DNA of 64,000 nt from Octopus bimaculoides (Eukaryota): NCBI RefSeq assembly GCF_001194135.2, contig NC_068987.1, forward strand, positions 1-64,000. Direction: 5' to 3'. Positions 36,171-48,832 of the stretch are shown here, one piece after another. Within the stretch, counting starts at the first letter, position 1. Each line of letters opens with the position of its first letter. Both the position numbers and the translations under genes were made by a program. The notes under the pieces were generated by a model. That model saw only the letters and a program-made list of their open reading frames with translations, ran no database searches and was not told the DNA's origin.

Positions 36171-37674
36171 GAATATATTGATGTGAAAGACAACAACACT
36201 GAATCCTCTAAGTTTTATTTTCTACTATGTGCTGGCTTGGGTAGTTCTATAATTAATTTAGCTAAACAGGCATAATTCCAAAAGTTTGTAAGTTCAGATT
36301 TACTTTGTACAATGATACATGTAGAAACAAATGTTTTCAATTGCAACATTTGTGAAAACAAGATTGAGTTAAAAGTGTTGTAGAAATGAGTGTAATATAT
36401 CATTGTCATCATTTCATGTCCATCTTCCTTGCTAGCATGGATTGGTTGGTTTGAGGGTGTCTGATGTGTCAGGGGACTGCCTTCAGCTCCAATGTCTTTT
36501 TTAGAATAGTTTCTAAGACTGGGTACACTTCCTCTTGATGCTACCTACCAAGTATACTGGGGGCTTTTGCATGTTGCCAAGATTACTTGACTGAGGTGAC
36601 TAGTATTGATGAAGGTGGCTTTCTTTCTGATGTTGAAGGACAAGAGTATGATAGAGGAATAGGAAGAGAGGAGGAGATATACATGGGTATCACAGCAGGA
36701 AAGAAATGATGGTGATGATGAAGTGTCAAGGTACAAGAAAGTGAAGCTGAAGAGGAACAGGAGTGGTTTAGAAGAGTGTGAGGAAAGCAACAAATGGTTG
36801 GAGGTGGAAATATCGGCGAATGCAGTGAATAGCAAACAGGAAGAGGTAGGGTCAATAGTGAATATGAGTTTGAAGAGGAGGATAAGGTGAGTACGAAAAT
36901 AGGATGAGTGTAATAAAGCTCTAGAGGAGAGGTGAGAGGGGCAGAGATAAGAAACGGGGTGAGAGTGAAAAAAGGACATCATAAAATCGGTTCTTCTGAT
37001 CGTCTGCTAGCCTTGATGGTGGGGGCCATAGGCAGAGATAAATATAACTGTTGATAAGTCTATCACATGCTCTACTTCAGTCACCTTTCAAAAATTGGCA
37101 ACCAAACTGAAAAGATTCAGATCTTGTTCTTTGGGAGTTATAAACACTTACTGTAAGATTTTTGTTTTGTTTTATCAAGTAAATCAAACGTTTATTTGTA
37201 TCATTCAGTGCAGCCCTTAATATGTTTACAAACTGTATTTACTGGCGTGGGGGATGGAGGTAGGGCAAGAGTAATATTCATTACCTTTTTGACTCTCCAG
37301 AATTACATTTGAAACATTTCATGCACATCAATATCCATCCTTAGACATCTGGCAGATAAGAAATGCAACAAACATTTTCCCCACAATTTTTTTCATAATC
37401 ATAATCTATGCTGTTTTGAAAGGTGTTTCTGTAAAATTTCATTAAAAGATATCCATTTTTATAGATTGGTTGGTTTGAGGGTGACAGAGGACTACCTTGA
37501 GCTCATCTTTTTTGCAATAGTTTCTAAGACTGGGTAAAGTTATGAGGGGAAAAAAACCCAATCATGTGAATCTTCCGAACTCCTCTCCCCACCCCTTCGG
37601 AAAACATTTTCCTCAGAAATTTCTTTGTAATCTGTGTCATTTGAACAGTATTTTGTATAACATTTTCCAGTTAA

Positions 37675-39764
37675 CCTCCAGAGTTTGACCCCGAGCAAAA
37701 GATTTTTTTAAAATAGGGTAATAGGTGTCAAACATGTAAACAGATATGAAACAAAATGCACGTTGGCGAATGGGAGCAGGGGGAGACGACACGGAAAATT
37801 CACATCGGGAATGTTCCAAGTCCTCTCACCACTTCCCCGTTTGTCGGCACAAATTTTTTCTTCATGTTCGTTTACTACACATTATTTTACACCTAGTATA
37901 CTATTGTTTTTCAATTTTTGTGACGGGGTGGATTCAGATAATTCACACGATCCAGTAACCTGACAACTGGTCACAAAAATGAAGAAAAAAAATAGTGTAC
38001 TAGGTGTAAAACAACATGTAGTAAACGAATATGAAAAAAAAAATGCATGCTGGCGAACGGGAGAGCACTCGGAAAATTCACACAATCCGAAAACTCAACG
38101 TTAACACCTGGTCACAAAAAGTAAAAAAAAAAGTAGTGTAATAGGCGTTAAACATGTAGTAAAGGAATATGGGCAAAAAAGTGCGTGCTGGCGAATGGGG
38201 GTGGGGTGGGAGAGGACTTGGAAAATTCTCTTGCCCAAGATGCCATGCAGTGGGACTGAACCCGGAACCATGTGGTTGAGAAGGATATCCATTTTGTTGA
38301 GGGAAAAAATCGGATCATATGAATTGCCCTGATCTCCCTCCCCTCCCACTTCGTCAGTAAGTGTCTTCAACCAATGCATTCTGAAGGCCGAAGGTGGCAT
38401 TTCAGAAGAAAAATTATCTATGCTATAAACGAAGATGAAAACCAAAATGTGTGCACCAAATTTTCCCTATTCTGTCTTCTGCATAATGGTATTAACAGAA
38501 ACAATTGCAGCATAGTTGCTTGTAAGCCATTCAAGAACTCACACACACACAAAAAAGAACCATTGCTTTCATTGTGACATTGAAATTTCATTTGTGTCTA
38601 AATATTTTCATTCTTTAAAACCCTGACAAAAATTTGTGCTGCATCTGTTTTGTCAGTGAACAAAGTCTCAGTTTCAAAGCGACAAAAAATATTCAGATTG
38701 AAATGAGATTTAAATGTTGCAGTGAAACTAACGGTTTTTTTTTTGGGGGGGGGGAGTTCTTGAATTGCTTACAAACGTCTATGTTGCAATTGTTTCTGTT
38801 AAAACCATTATGCAGAAGACAGAATCGAAAAAATTTGGTGCACGCATTTTTGTTTTCATCTTTGTTTATAGCGTTGATAATTTTTCCTTTGAAATGCCAC
38901 CTTTGGCCTCCAGGATGCATTGGTTGGCCCGAAGCTATAGTTGAAGACACTTGCTGGCGAACGGGGCTGAGGTGGGGAGGAAGACTAGGACAATTCACAC
39001 GATACAATTTTTTTCCATCAGCAAAATGGATATTCTTCGTAACNNNNNNNNNNNNNNNNNNNNNNNNNNNNNNNNNNNNNNNNNNNNNNNNNNNNNNNNN
39101 NNNNNNNNNNNNNNNNNNNNNNNNNNNNNNNNNNNNNNNNNNNNNNNNNNNNNNNNNNNNNNNNNNNNNNNNNNNNNNNNNNNNNNNNNNNNNNNNNNNN
39201 NNNNNNNNNNNNNNNNNNNNNNNNNNNNNNNNNNNNNNNNNNNNNNNNNNNNNNNNNNNNNNNNNNNNNNNNNNNNNNNNNNNNNNNNNNNNNNNNNNNN
39301 NNNNNNNNNNNNNNNNNNNNNNNNNNNNNNNNNNNNNNNNNNNNNNNNNNNNNNNNNNNNNNNNNNNNNNNNNNNNNNNNNNNNNNNNNNNNNNNNNNNN
39401 NNNNNNNNNNNTCTTCATAATCGTTTAGTACACATTATTTTTCACCTATTGCAATTTTTCTTCTCTTTTTTTTTTTTGTTTTTTTGGTAGTCGGGTTACT
39501 GGATCGTGTGAATTATCCGAGTCCGCACCCAACTCACCCCATCACAAAAATTGAAAAAACAATCGTATACTAGGTGTAAAATAATGTGTAGTAAATGAAC
39601 ATGAATAAAAAAAATTGCGCCGACGAACGGGAAAGTGGTGAAAGGACTCGGAACATTCCTGATGGGAATTTTCTCAGTCGTCTCTCCCGCTCCCGTTCGA
39701 CAGCGAACATTTTTTTTTCATATTCGTTTATTACATGTTGTTTTACACCTATTAACACTGGAAG
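37675..39764. mobile_element. About 2.1-kb foldback palindrome flanked by TTAA (piggyBac-like non-autonomous element)
   Basis: TTAA|CCTCCAGAG...CACTGGAAG|TTAA. 37735-37960 mirrors 39490-39750 and 38340-38632 mirrors 38647-38990. The centre near 38640 has a short spacer. Includes a 368-N gap. Confidence 0.7.
39044..39411. other. Assembly gap (368 N) inside the right arm of the palindrome
   Basis: Run of N. Confidence 1.
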
Positions 39765-39879
39765 TTAACCCATTTCCCCGAAAGTCTTATCCCCCCTCAC
39801 CGTTCGTTTGCGCAAATCTTTGGTTCCATATTCATTCTTTACACACAGTAAGCTGGGCTTTTATTTTCGTTTTCGTAAC

Positions 39880-40052
39880 TGGGGCATAAGGTGTATATTT
39901 ATGTCTTTATTGGCCACAGGGAGCTAAACATAGAGGGGAAAATCGAGGACAGGGATTAAGTCGATTACAACGACCCAGTGCGTAACTGGTACTTATTTAA
40001 TCGACCCCAAAAGGCAAAGTCGACCTCGACGGAATTTGAATTCAGAACGTAA
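39880..40052 (-). mobile_element. SINE fragment, same family as 63080-63260
   Basis: TACTTATTTAATCGACCCCAAAAGGCAAAGTCGACCTCGACGGAATTTGAATTCAGAACGTA is the reverse complement of the 63.1-kb copy. Confidence 0.7.
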
Positions 40053-40063
40053 CGAAACAGTAT

Positions 40064-40438
40064 ACTGACCAATAAGATGGACATTAGAGGAGATATTAAG
40101 ACGAAGTAAATACTAAGGACGCCAACTAAAATAAAATGAATCTAGAGTTGGCTTCTCTCTTATGAGTACAGATAACATCCCCCCATCCCATACAATGAGT
40201 TTCACTTCCGGCTTATAACCAACATCTCTCTCTCTCTCTCTCTCTCTGCAAACAATGTTAGCATATTAAAATTTTTACCCTGCGTCATTAACTTAAATAG
40301 ATTATTAATCAAAAGATAACAGAAATATTCTGTTAGAATAAATTGAAAGTAGTTCTGCTTAATTTATCAACAATGTCCTCGTCCAATTTTACTCCATTTC
40401 TCCTTCTTTCATCTTTTAAACTATATTCGTATGTAAGT
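40064..40438 (+). promoter_or_regulatory. Putative promoter and first exon of gene 4
   Basis: CTGACCAATA at 40065, TTTCACTTCCGG (ETS-type) at 40200, donor TAT|GTAAGT at 40433. Confidence 0.55.
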
Positions 40439-40581
40439 AGCCGTCATTTATAGACATTTTACACGTTTCTTTTATGCAAAATCTATCTTTTATATTTATA
40501 TCTCTACTTTCTATTTTACAACTACAATATTCCTTTCCTGGCAATACGCAAAAGAAAATACAACCACAAACATTAATAGGC

Positions 40582-41750
40582 ATTTATGCCCCCTCCCCGA
40601 CTTTGGATTATCATAACTTTCAGAAAAAGGGATATTTTTTAATGAAATTTTCTACAATTATGTATTATATCATGTAGATTCCGAATAGGAAAGACATCCG
40701 CCCGGGGAATCCGGAATATACAAAATATTTTGGGGAAAGTATTTTAGGAGTTGGGTGTGGGAAATTTCGGAAAATTCACCGGAGTCCACTTCAATTCGTC
40801 TTAACTTTCAAGAAAATAGATATTTTTAAATGAAATTCTCTACAAATATACCTCAGACTTTGTAGATTCCGAGGGCATAGGAATTTGGGAGGAAAAACAA
40901 TTGGGGGTTATTTTTGAGAACTGTTCCTCGTGGGTGTTTCGGCACTAGTCCATATTTGTTTCATTTTCTCCGCTTCGTGCGTTTATGCATCCGTAGATTT
41001 CTACTGAAGCCCTCACCAAAATACTCGTTATGCTAAAAATAACAGCTAACGGTCTGGTACACAGAAATATGCTATTAAGACGACTTATCTGTTGCATACA
41101 ATTTTTTAAAACTTCAAGTAAATTCCCAGGTAAACGTTTCTAATAGAAAGGCAGAAGACACCAGAAGCAAAAATAAGGAATATACACGACGCACAGTTAA
41201 ATATACAAGTGTAAAGGGCAAAGTTTCGATATAAAATCGAAAGATCACCAGGGCAAAATTTTGACCATCTTGCAAAGTATAATTTGTTACATAATCTCTA
41301 TAATAAACATGATACTGAATGAAATAATTCCCCGTTTGAACATTTTTAATTACGTGTGTGTGTGTGTGTGTAGAAATCTACGGATGCACAAAACGGAGAA
41401 AAATATGGACGACTAGTGCCGAAACACCACTAAGGAGGGAAACGGTTCTCAAAATTAACCCCCAATTGTTTTCCCCAAAATTCTTATGTCCTTGGAATCT
41501 ACATAGTCCGAGGTTTATTTGTAGAAGATTTCATTAAAAAATATCCATTTTCTTAAAAGTTAAGACGAATTGAAGTGGACTCAGGTGAATTTTCCGAAAT
41601 TCCCCCCCCCCTCCTAAAACACTTTCCCCAAAACATTTTGTATATTCGGAATCTACATGATATAACACATAACTGTAGAAAATTTCATTCAAAATATCCA
41701 TTTTTCTGAAAGTTATGATCATCCAAAGTCGGCAGTAGTGGGGCAGAAAT
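40582..41750. mobile_element. About 1.17-kb foldback element with roughly 400-bp internally repetitive inverted arms
   Basis: 40582-41004 mirrors 41370-41750 (e.g. GACTTTGGAT / ATCCAAAGTC; GTGTTTCGGCACTAGTC / GACTAGTGCCGAAACAC). Each arm holds two copies of a GATATTTTTAATGAAAT...GTAGATTCCGA module. Confidence 0.8.
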
Positions 41751-43466
41751 CTGTACGTAACCGAACCATTTTCAGGCTATGTACTATGGGCAGTTTTAGA
41801 TGGTCAAATTCAGAACGCTTTTAGAAGGATGTATGTGTGCGCATGCACAAAGGAATCAGACTGGTCATATTTAACTTTGAACATTTGTCATATCGAAGTG
41901 TAAACCTACCTTATACAAAAGACAGTTCCTAGTTTGCATTGGTCTGATCGGCCATAACTGAACGTCCTGTGACCCATCTTCTCCCATGTAATGTCCTGGT
42001 CATCGTCAACAACGATGGACGAACATTATTATATTGTTATATACTATAATGGCATTAGATTAGAATATAGAGTATTTTCTATTGTCACCTTTTAGTTTCC
42101 ATCTTCTTTGTTGGCATAGGCTGGACAGGATTTCATGGCTCCAAGGACTGCGTCAGACTCCAGTGTCTTGTGTTGTGCATTGGGTCCTTTTTTTCAAAGC
42201 CCCAGCACTAATAAGGTCACCATGAAGCTTGCAAAATTAAGATCTTCAATGAAGTGAGGCCTTATTAGTGAAGGAAGTGGTTTTATGCCAGGTGATGAAT
42301 GCTTAGAGTATGTAAGAAGGGGCTGGCGCAGGGTTCGTATTGCAGAGGACATACATGGTTACATGCATTATACTAGAGGGAGTGGAGCCAGAAAAAGAAA
42401 TAAAAATGGCAGTGATGAGTGGTCTAGATGGACCCTAAACATACGGTTATTTTGATAGAGATTATTCTAGATCAATAACTGAAATAGAAACTTCATCCTT
42501 AGCAAAAGTTCAGTATCAATTTTGGTCCAGTGGATGGAGTTTTTGAAACTGGTCTCCCCCCAGCAGTTGTCATGGAACAATACTAGGCCTTAGTTTTTAA
42601 TTTTTTGTGTGTATAGCTATACTCTTGACATTATCAGTCTTATATGCTGTCATCTCCTTTTGTGCTGCCAAAGCATCATTCTGTTTAACCAAACTATTCT
42701 CCTTCATATTAGTATTTTGAGTATACAAGCCAAAATTTGAAAATGCTAAGGTGGGATGATTTTTTAGTTGGCTGAAGAAATGCACTGATGGCAATGAGTA
42801 CCCATCATGGGGCAGTTGTGTATTTTTGTTGAATCAGGTGAGAAACAGGATAATTTTAAGACACAGACTAACATATATTAACTAGTGGTCATTGATGAAA
42901 TTCTTCCTGTCAAGATCCATACCCACAGCCCTCTTTATCTACTTCTGCCACATCTATATATCAAAGTGTCTTCTCTCTGTAAACATGTTCTAACATTTTC
43001 TTGCTATTCTAACTTTCAATATCTGTGATCCAAATATCTTCTCTTCAATAATCTTCATGTTAACTCTTGATTGTCCCTTGTATCTTACTTATGTTGTCTT
43101 TTTATTTCAGGTTATCTGATGACATTGAGATAAAATTATGTCACTGAAGATGTTCGACTTATTTATCAACTTTTGAAGACTGAAAATAACTTCATCAAAC
43201 TGATGTCAGTCTTTTTCTACAACACTTGGATGAATGAATGAATGTGAGATATTTCCTCAGAATTGAGATTATCTACAATAATTCTCATATCGACTGCAAA
43301 TGTATATTCAGAGATTATTTATTATGATGTTTTAACTGTTTTGAAGTTATTTTTTCAAAAGAACTGCTAGTCTCATCACCTTCTTATTTATTAATTACAA
43401 AATTCTATCCTAAGTCTTTCTTCAAAGCCAAAATACTTTCAGATTTTAACAAAGACCATCATATAT

Positions 43467-44337
43467 ATGGATTTAAAAGAGACACTTATGGATGATAAGG
43501 CAGAGCTTGAAAATAATATTTCATCTATCCAGACACAAGAAAATACAGAAGAGGGATCACACCATTGTGAGATATGTGGGAAATTATTCACAATAAGAAA
43601 GAATTTAATTCAACATAAATTTATTCACTCAGAGATACAACTGTGAAAACTGTGACAAACAATTCACTATGAGCAGTTCCTTATTTCAGCACAAGCTTAT
43701 TCACACAGGAAAGAAACCATATCACTGTGATATCTGTGGTAAAACATTCTCTGAAAGTGGTCATTTAACTTCTCACAAACGTGTTCACACTGGAGAAAGA
43801 CCATACCGCTGTGAGATCTGTGGTAAAAATTTCTCTCAAAATAGCAATTTATCTCTCCACAAATATATCCACACTGGAGAGAAACCATATCACTGTAATA
43901 TTTGTGGTAAAACATTCTCTCTAAATGGTAATTTATCATCCCACGTACGTATCCATACAGGAGAAAAACCATACCACTGTGAGATTTGTGGCAAAGCATT
44001 TTCCCAAAATGGTAGTTTGTCTTGTCACAAACGTATTCACACAGGTGAGAAACCATATCACTGTGATATCTGTGGCAAAACATTTTCACACAACCATAAT
44101 TTATCTAATCACAAACGTATCCACACTGGTGAGAAACCTTACCATTGTGATATCTGTGCTAAAACATTCTCTCAGAATAGCGTTTTAAGTACTCATAAAC
44201 ATATCCACACAAGAGAGAAACCATATCACTGTGATATATGTAATAAAACCTTCTCTCAAAAACGTTATTTGTTTTCCCATAAACGTATCCACACAGATGG
44301 GAGATCACACCAATGTGATGGTAGCTTAATGATATGA
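43467..44337 (+). pseudogene. Poly-C2H2 gene 4, frameshifted between fingers 1 and 2 (9 fingers if repaired)
   Basis: ATG at 43467 gives MDLKETLMDDK...CEICGKLFTIRKNLIQHKFIH and then TGA at 43644. The linker is 13 nt instead of 21. The next frame carries CENCDKQF..HKLIH plus 7 more fingers. Acceptor TTTATTTCAG at 43110. Confidence 0.75.
43669..44337 (+). CDS. Residual 222-aa ORF of gene 4 with 7 intact C2H2 fingers
   Basis: ATG lies inside finger 2 and the ORF is open to the stop. Translation would need re-initiation or leaky scanning. Confidence 0.55.
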   Translation: MSSSLFQHKLIHTGKKPYHCDICGKTFSESGHLTSHKRVHTGERPYRCEICGKNFSQNSNLSLHKYIHTGEKPYHCNICGKTFSLNGNLSSHVRIHTGEKPYHCEICGKAFSQNGSLSCHKRIHTGEKPYHCDICGKTFSHNHNLSNHKRIHTGEKPYHCDICAKTFSQNSVLSTHKHIHTREKPYHCDICNKTFSQKRYLFSHKRIHTDGRSHQCDGSLMI

Positions 44338-44413
44338 CAACTGGTCACTGAGATGAAAAATAAAAACCTACATGGAATAAAATATGTATTTTTTTTTTTT
44401 CATTCTGACAGAT

Positions 44414-47400
44414 TTACAATATGATGTAGCGCCATTCTTGTTGAACCTTGTTTTATATTATTTGTAAAGCTCCAACATCTTTAAATCAGAGCTCACTGAA
44501 TCTTTCTTAGATACTCTGTGTATCTGTTACGTCATACATCATGAGATCATGATGTCACATCTTAACGTAAAGTCACTTCCATTACATCTCCCATCTTTAC
44601 AAACATTGCAAGGGATTGGAACTTGAATCATCAACTTCAAATAAATTTAGTTATATATTCATTATCATTCTGATAAAGCAACTTTCTTCAGAGTCCATGA
44701 ATATATCTTCTTTAGATTTAACTGTCCATAAATGAATTTTTTTTTTTCCATTAAGTAAATAATCTCTTTAACTTCTTTAAACATGGAAAGAATAATGAAA
44801 TATGCTTTCAGGCAATTAACACAGTTCAACTTCTTTAACTTGAAATCAAACACTTAACACAGTTCATGAATCTCTCTTTTCATAGAGCACTTCTCGAATT
44901 CAACAGTTCTTAATATCAATCTCAATATTCTGGCATGTTGATTTTTCGTTTGGATCTTGTAGTTTGATTACAGATAGTGTCTCTAGCCTCAGACTCATCT
45001 GTATCGTAGTCTCTTCACATTCTCCATTTGGCTAAGCTGTTGGATTCTTAGCAGCTGTCCACAGATGACAACGATTTCATCAATACTTGTCTTCTATCTG
45101 ACGTCTGTTGGATCTTGGTGCGTCATCCACTGATTTTTTTCAACTCCAGGCTTCCATGTCTGATTTCCTTGAATCCTGACTTGCCGCCCATGAGTTAAGT
45201 GAGGTAACTCTCTAATACCTCTGTCGCTGTAGTAATTTTACTGGTCTTGACGTGCTTTCAGCTGATCATGTAGCTGGTTCTTCTGTACTTGAGGTTTCAG
45301 CAAGGCATCGGACACAGTTGAGCGACTTTTCAGACGCCTGCTCATTAGCATTTGAGCTGGTGATAGATTGACTATGTCAACCGGTGTCTTTCTGTACTCA
45401 AGTAAAGCCAAGTAGACATCTCAGGCACTGGCTTCTGCTTTCTTGAGCAGACTTTTTACTGTCTGAACTGTGCGCTCAGCTTGTCTGTTTGGGTGTGTCA
45501 GACTTGATGTTGTGTGTTTGAAATCCTTTTCTAGACCAAAGTTACGGAACTCTGCATTCGTAAACTGTGGTTTGTTATCTATCATGAGCTCACCTGGGAT
45601 GCGGTGTCTGGCAAAGACAGATTTCACTGCCGTAACTGTCGTTTTACTTGATAGGCCAGACAATTTCAGGGTACTTTGAGAAATAGTCGATACACACCAG
45701 GTAGTCAATGTTCTTATACACAAACAAGTTGGCTCCGACTTTGGCCCATGGTTGATCAGGAATTTCATGGCTCTTCCATGGTTGTTTCGGATTACTCTTT
45801 CTATTCTTGTTGCACACAGAACATTGTGATACAAATTCTTCAATTTGTACAGTCATTCCTAGCCAGAAGCTAACTTCTTTGACTCTGAGTATGCACTTTG
45901 TCACTCTGAAATGAGCATCATGAATTCTCTTCCATATTCCTGTTTGTAGTGTTGCAGGAACTACAACTTTGTCAGCTTTAAAGATGAGGTCATCAATAAA
46001 AGTCAATTCACCTCGACTATTCCAGTAGTCTTTCACACTTGCTGAAACATATTTTCTATTTTCTGGCCATCTGCACAGAATCACTGATTTCAGCTGTTGC
46101 AGTTGTGGATCTGCAATCACTGGCAATCCGGAATTCACTTAACTTTCCTGAAGTTATCAACAGTTGTGATATTAGCTCCCGCATCACACTCACTTTCATC
46201 AAACCAATCATTACTGGCTTGAAGATATGCCCTGCTCAAGGAATCTGCAACAGTCAGTTCTTTGGATGATACTTCTGTAAACACAGCAACATTCTCTGCA
46301 ACCTGCTCAAGGGTTTCTGAAATATGATTTCACGGGACTTGTGATCAGTTTCTACTGTTTTTCCATAGATGTACTGATGAAACTTCTCACATCCATGTAG
46401 GATACCATCTCTTTCTCAGTCTATGCATACTTCGTTTGCTCACTTGTCAGCAACTGCTAAATTGAACGCTATAGTCTTGTCAGCTTGCATTAACACTGCT
46501 CCTAGCCCTTTGGAGCTTGCATCCACTGAGAACATGACTGGCTTTGTAACATCAAAGTACTGTAGTACTGGAGACTCTGTCACTCTTTGTTTCAAATTCT
46601 TGAAACGTGTTTGCTGCCTTCCTTCCCAGTGCCATGCAATGTCCTTCGGCAATAACTCTTGTAGAGCTGCAATTTTACTAGAGACACTTGGTATGAACTT
46701 TCCCAGATACTCTATCATATCATGGAATCTCATCAGATCTGTTTTGTTTTCAGGCTCAGGCATTCCTCGGATAGCTTTCACCTTTCCAGGATTTGGCTTC
46801 AGTCTCTTGTCAGTGAGTAGATGCCCTACACATGCGGCCTCCATCATTCTCTGCTTGCATTTCTTTGCATTCCATTTCAGGCCACTTGACTGTATTCTAT
46901 TCAGAATGGCATGCAGTCTTTCATCATGTTGCTTGACATCTGTACCCCACACCCAGATGTCATCAACAATACATTCTGTGCCTGATAAACCTTCTAGGAT
47001 CTGTGACATTGTTCTTTGAAATACCTCTGGCGCTGACTTCACTCTAAAAGGTAGTCAAGTGGATCGGTATCTACTGAATGGAGTATTGAAGGTACACAAT
47101 TTGGAACTATTTTCATCAAGTTGTATCTGCCAAAATCCAGACTCTGCATCAAGAACGGAGAACAGTTTGGCACCTGGCATTCGTGACATAATTTCCTCAA
47201 CAGTTCTCATGGCATGCATCCAAGTCCCTGGAACTGCTCTGGATATTCTCCCAGTATGTCTGTATTCATTTTCTGAATGCTGTGAACTCACTGAACCAAC
47301 TTCAATTTCTCACAGGGTTTCCTTCCCAGTATACTTGGACAGTTTTCCTCCACAACCCAGAATACTACTTCATTCAAAGTGCCACTGATTTCACTTGATA

Positions 47401-48465
47401 CTCTCTGTCCAAGTGAGAATGACTTTTCTTCAAAGTATGACACAAGTTTCACTTTTGAGTCGAACATTGATTTGGAAATGATATTGCACTGTACACCTGT
47501 ATCCAGTTTGACTTCAGTGGTTTCTTGTAGATTAATAAAGTCTCATACCTGTCTTCATTATTTTCATCGGTGGTCATCTGTCCAGGGAATACTTCAATTT
47601 TCTCTCTCTAGCGTCTCTACATTTTACACATGCTGGCAAAATGATGTTTACCACTGTATTTGCCACAAACTTTTCTTGCAGCAGGACACTTGTCTTTAGC
47701 ATGTTTCTAACCACACTCTCTATACTGAGAGTATTTTTTTTGGTTCAACCTTTAGGTTCATACTTCTTGGATCCCTCCTGGCATTCATTTCATTAAATAT
47801 AGTTGATTGTTCATCATTAAGAACTTTCAATTGTGCTCTGATTTCTGTAGCTCTACACATCTGTACAGTTTTTTTTCCAAATCAAGATCATGTTCTCAAT
47901 AACCGCGTTCTCAGGCTATCACTAAGAATTCCACAGACGATTCTGTCTTTAATGAGCCCTTCATTCAATGTCCCAAACTCACAAGTTCTAAATTTATTCT
48001 TTAAATCTATCAAATACTGATCAATTGATTTACCTGGTTTCTGAGATTGTGTGAAAAATGCATGTCTCTCAATATTCAGATTTTTCTTAGGTTCACAGAA
48101 TTCCCGAAACTTTTGTTTCACTTTGTTGTGATTATTGCTATCCACTTCCTCACTCCACTCAAAAGTGCTATACACTTGAACTGCAGCCTCTCCTACCACT
48201 TGTAGTAAAGTAGAATGCTTCACATTCTGTGATTTTGTTGCAATTCCATTAGCCGTAAGGTATAGTTCAAACCTTTGTTCTCGGCTATGTTGCCTTTGAG
48301 ATTAATCTCATTCAGGCAATTATTCAATCCCTCCTCTGACACCATCTAAGTTATGACATGATACAGGGCACAGCCATTACTATACATATTTCTTACATCA
48401 TACATCACAAACTTGTGATGTCACACTTTGTGTGTACATCTTAATGTAAAGTCACTTTCATTACA
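44414..48465 (-). mobile_element. Decayed Ty3/Gypsy LTR retrotransposon with both LTRs, PBS and PPT; left boundary approximate
   Basis: gag (ORF 47888-48223), protease KLDTG (about 47500), RT SAPEVFQ..IVDD, RNase H DASSKGLGAVL and integrase (45421-46138). The LTRs start TGTAATG(G/A)AAGTGACTTTAC at 44586 and 48465. PPT AAAGATGGGAGA at 44587-44598. PBS TGGTGTCAGA ending at 48344 is tRNA-Leu-like. Confidence 0.9.
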
Positions 48466-48832
48466 ATATGGACATGAAATACCTAAACCAGTAAAGCTAC
48501 CTTTCTTGCATTCATTGAGAAATACCTTTAAAATCTTTTTATACCAACTGCCTGAAACTATCCTTCTATGATACAAACTTCCTGTTTTAAAATGATCTAA
48601 AATAAAATTGTTTACTAAAAAGACCGGTGATTGTCGTGCACTGATGATGGGTAAATACCTAGAAACCTGGGTCTGTGCGTATCATGTCAGGTCGAAGATG
48701 TGGGAAGGATGGCTTCCCATTGCAAATACTGATAGGGCACAGAAAGTGTGTCAATAGCCAGCTGGAGGAGATGTCCTCCTGGAACTACAAGCTACAGTAG
48801 CATCTACCCTTAGTGGTTAGCCACATTTAATA

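Noticed and set aside
36545-36982. 145-aa Ser/Leu/Phe-rich ORF (similar ones at 3373-3819 and 10591-11157)
   Set aside because: Low-complexity translation of pyrimidine-rich, decayed repeat DNA.
38634-39490. Long ORFs of 179-264 aa
   Set aside because: They are inflated by the 368-N gap, and the rest is palindrome sequence.
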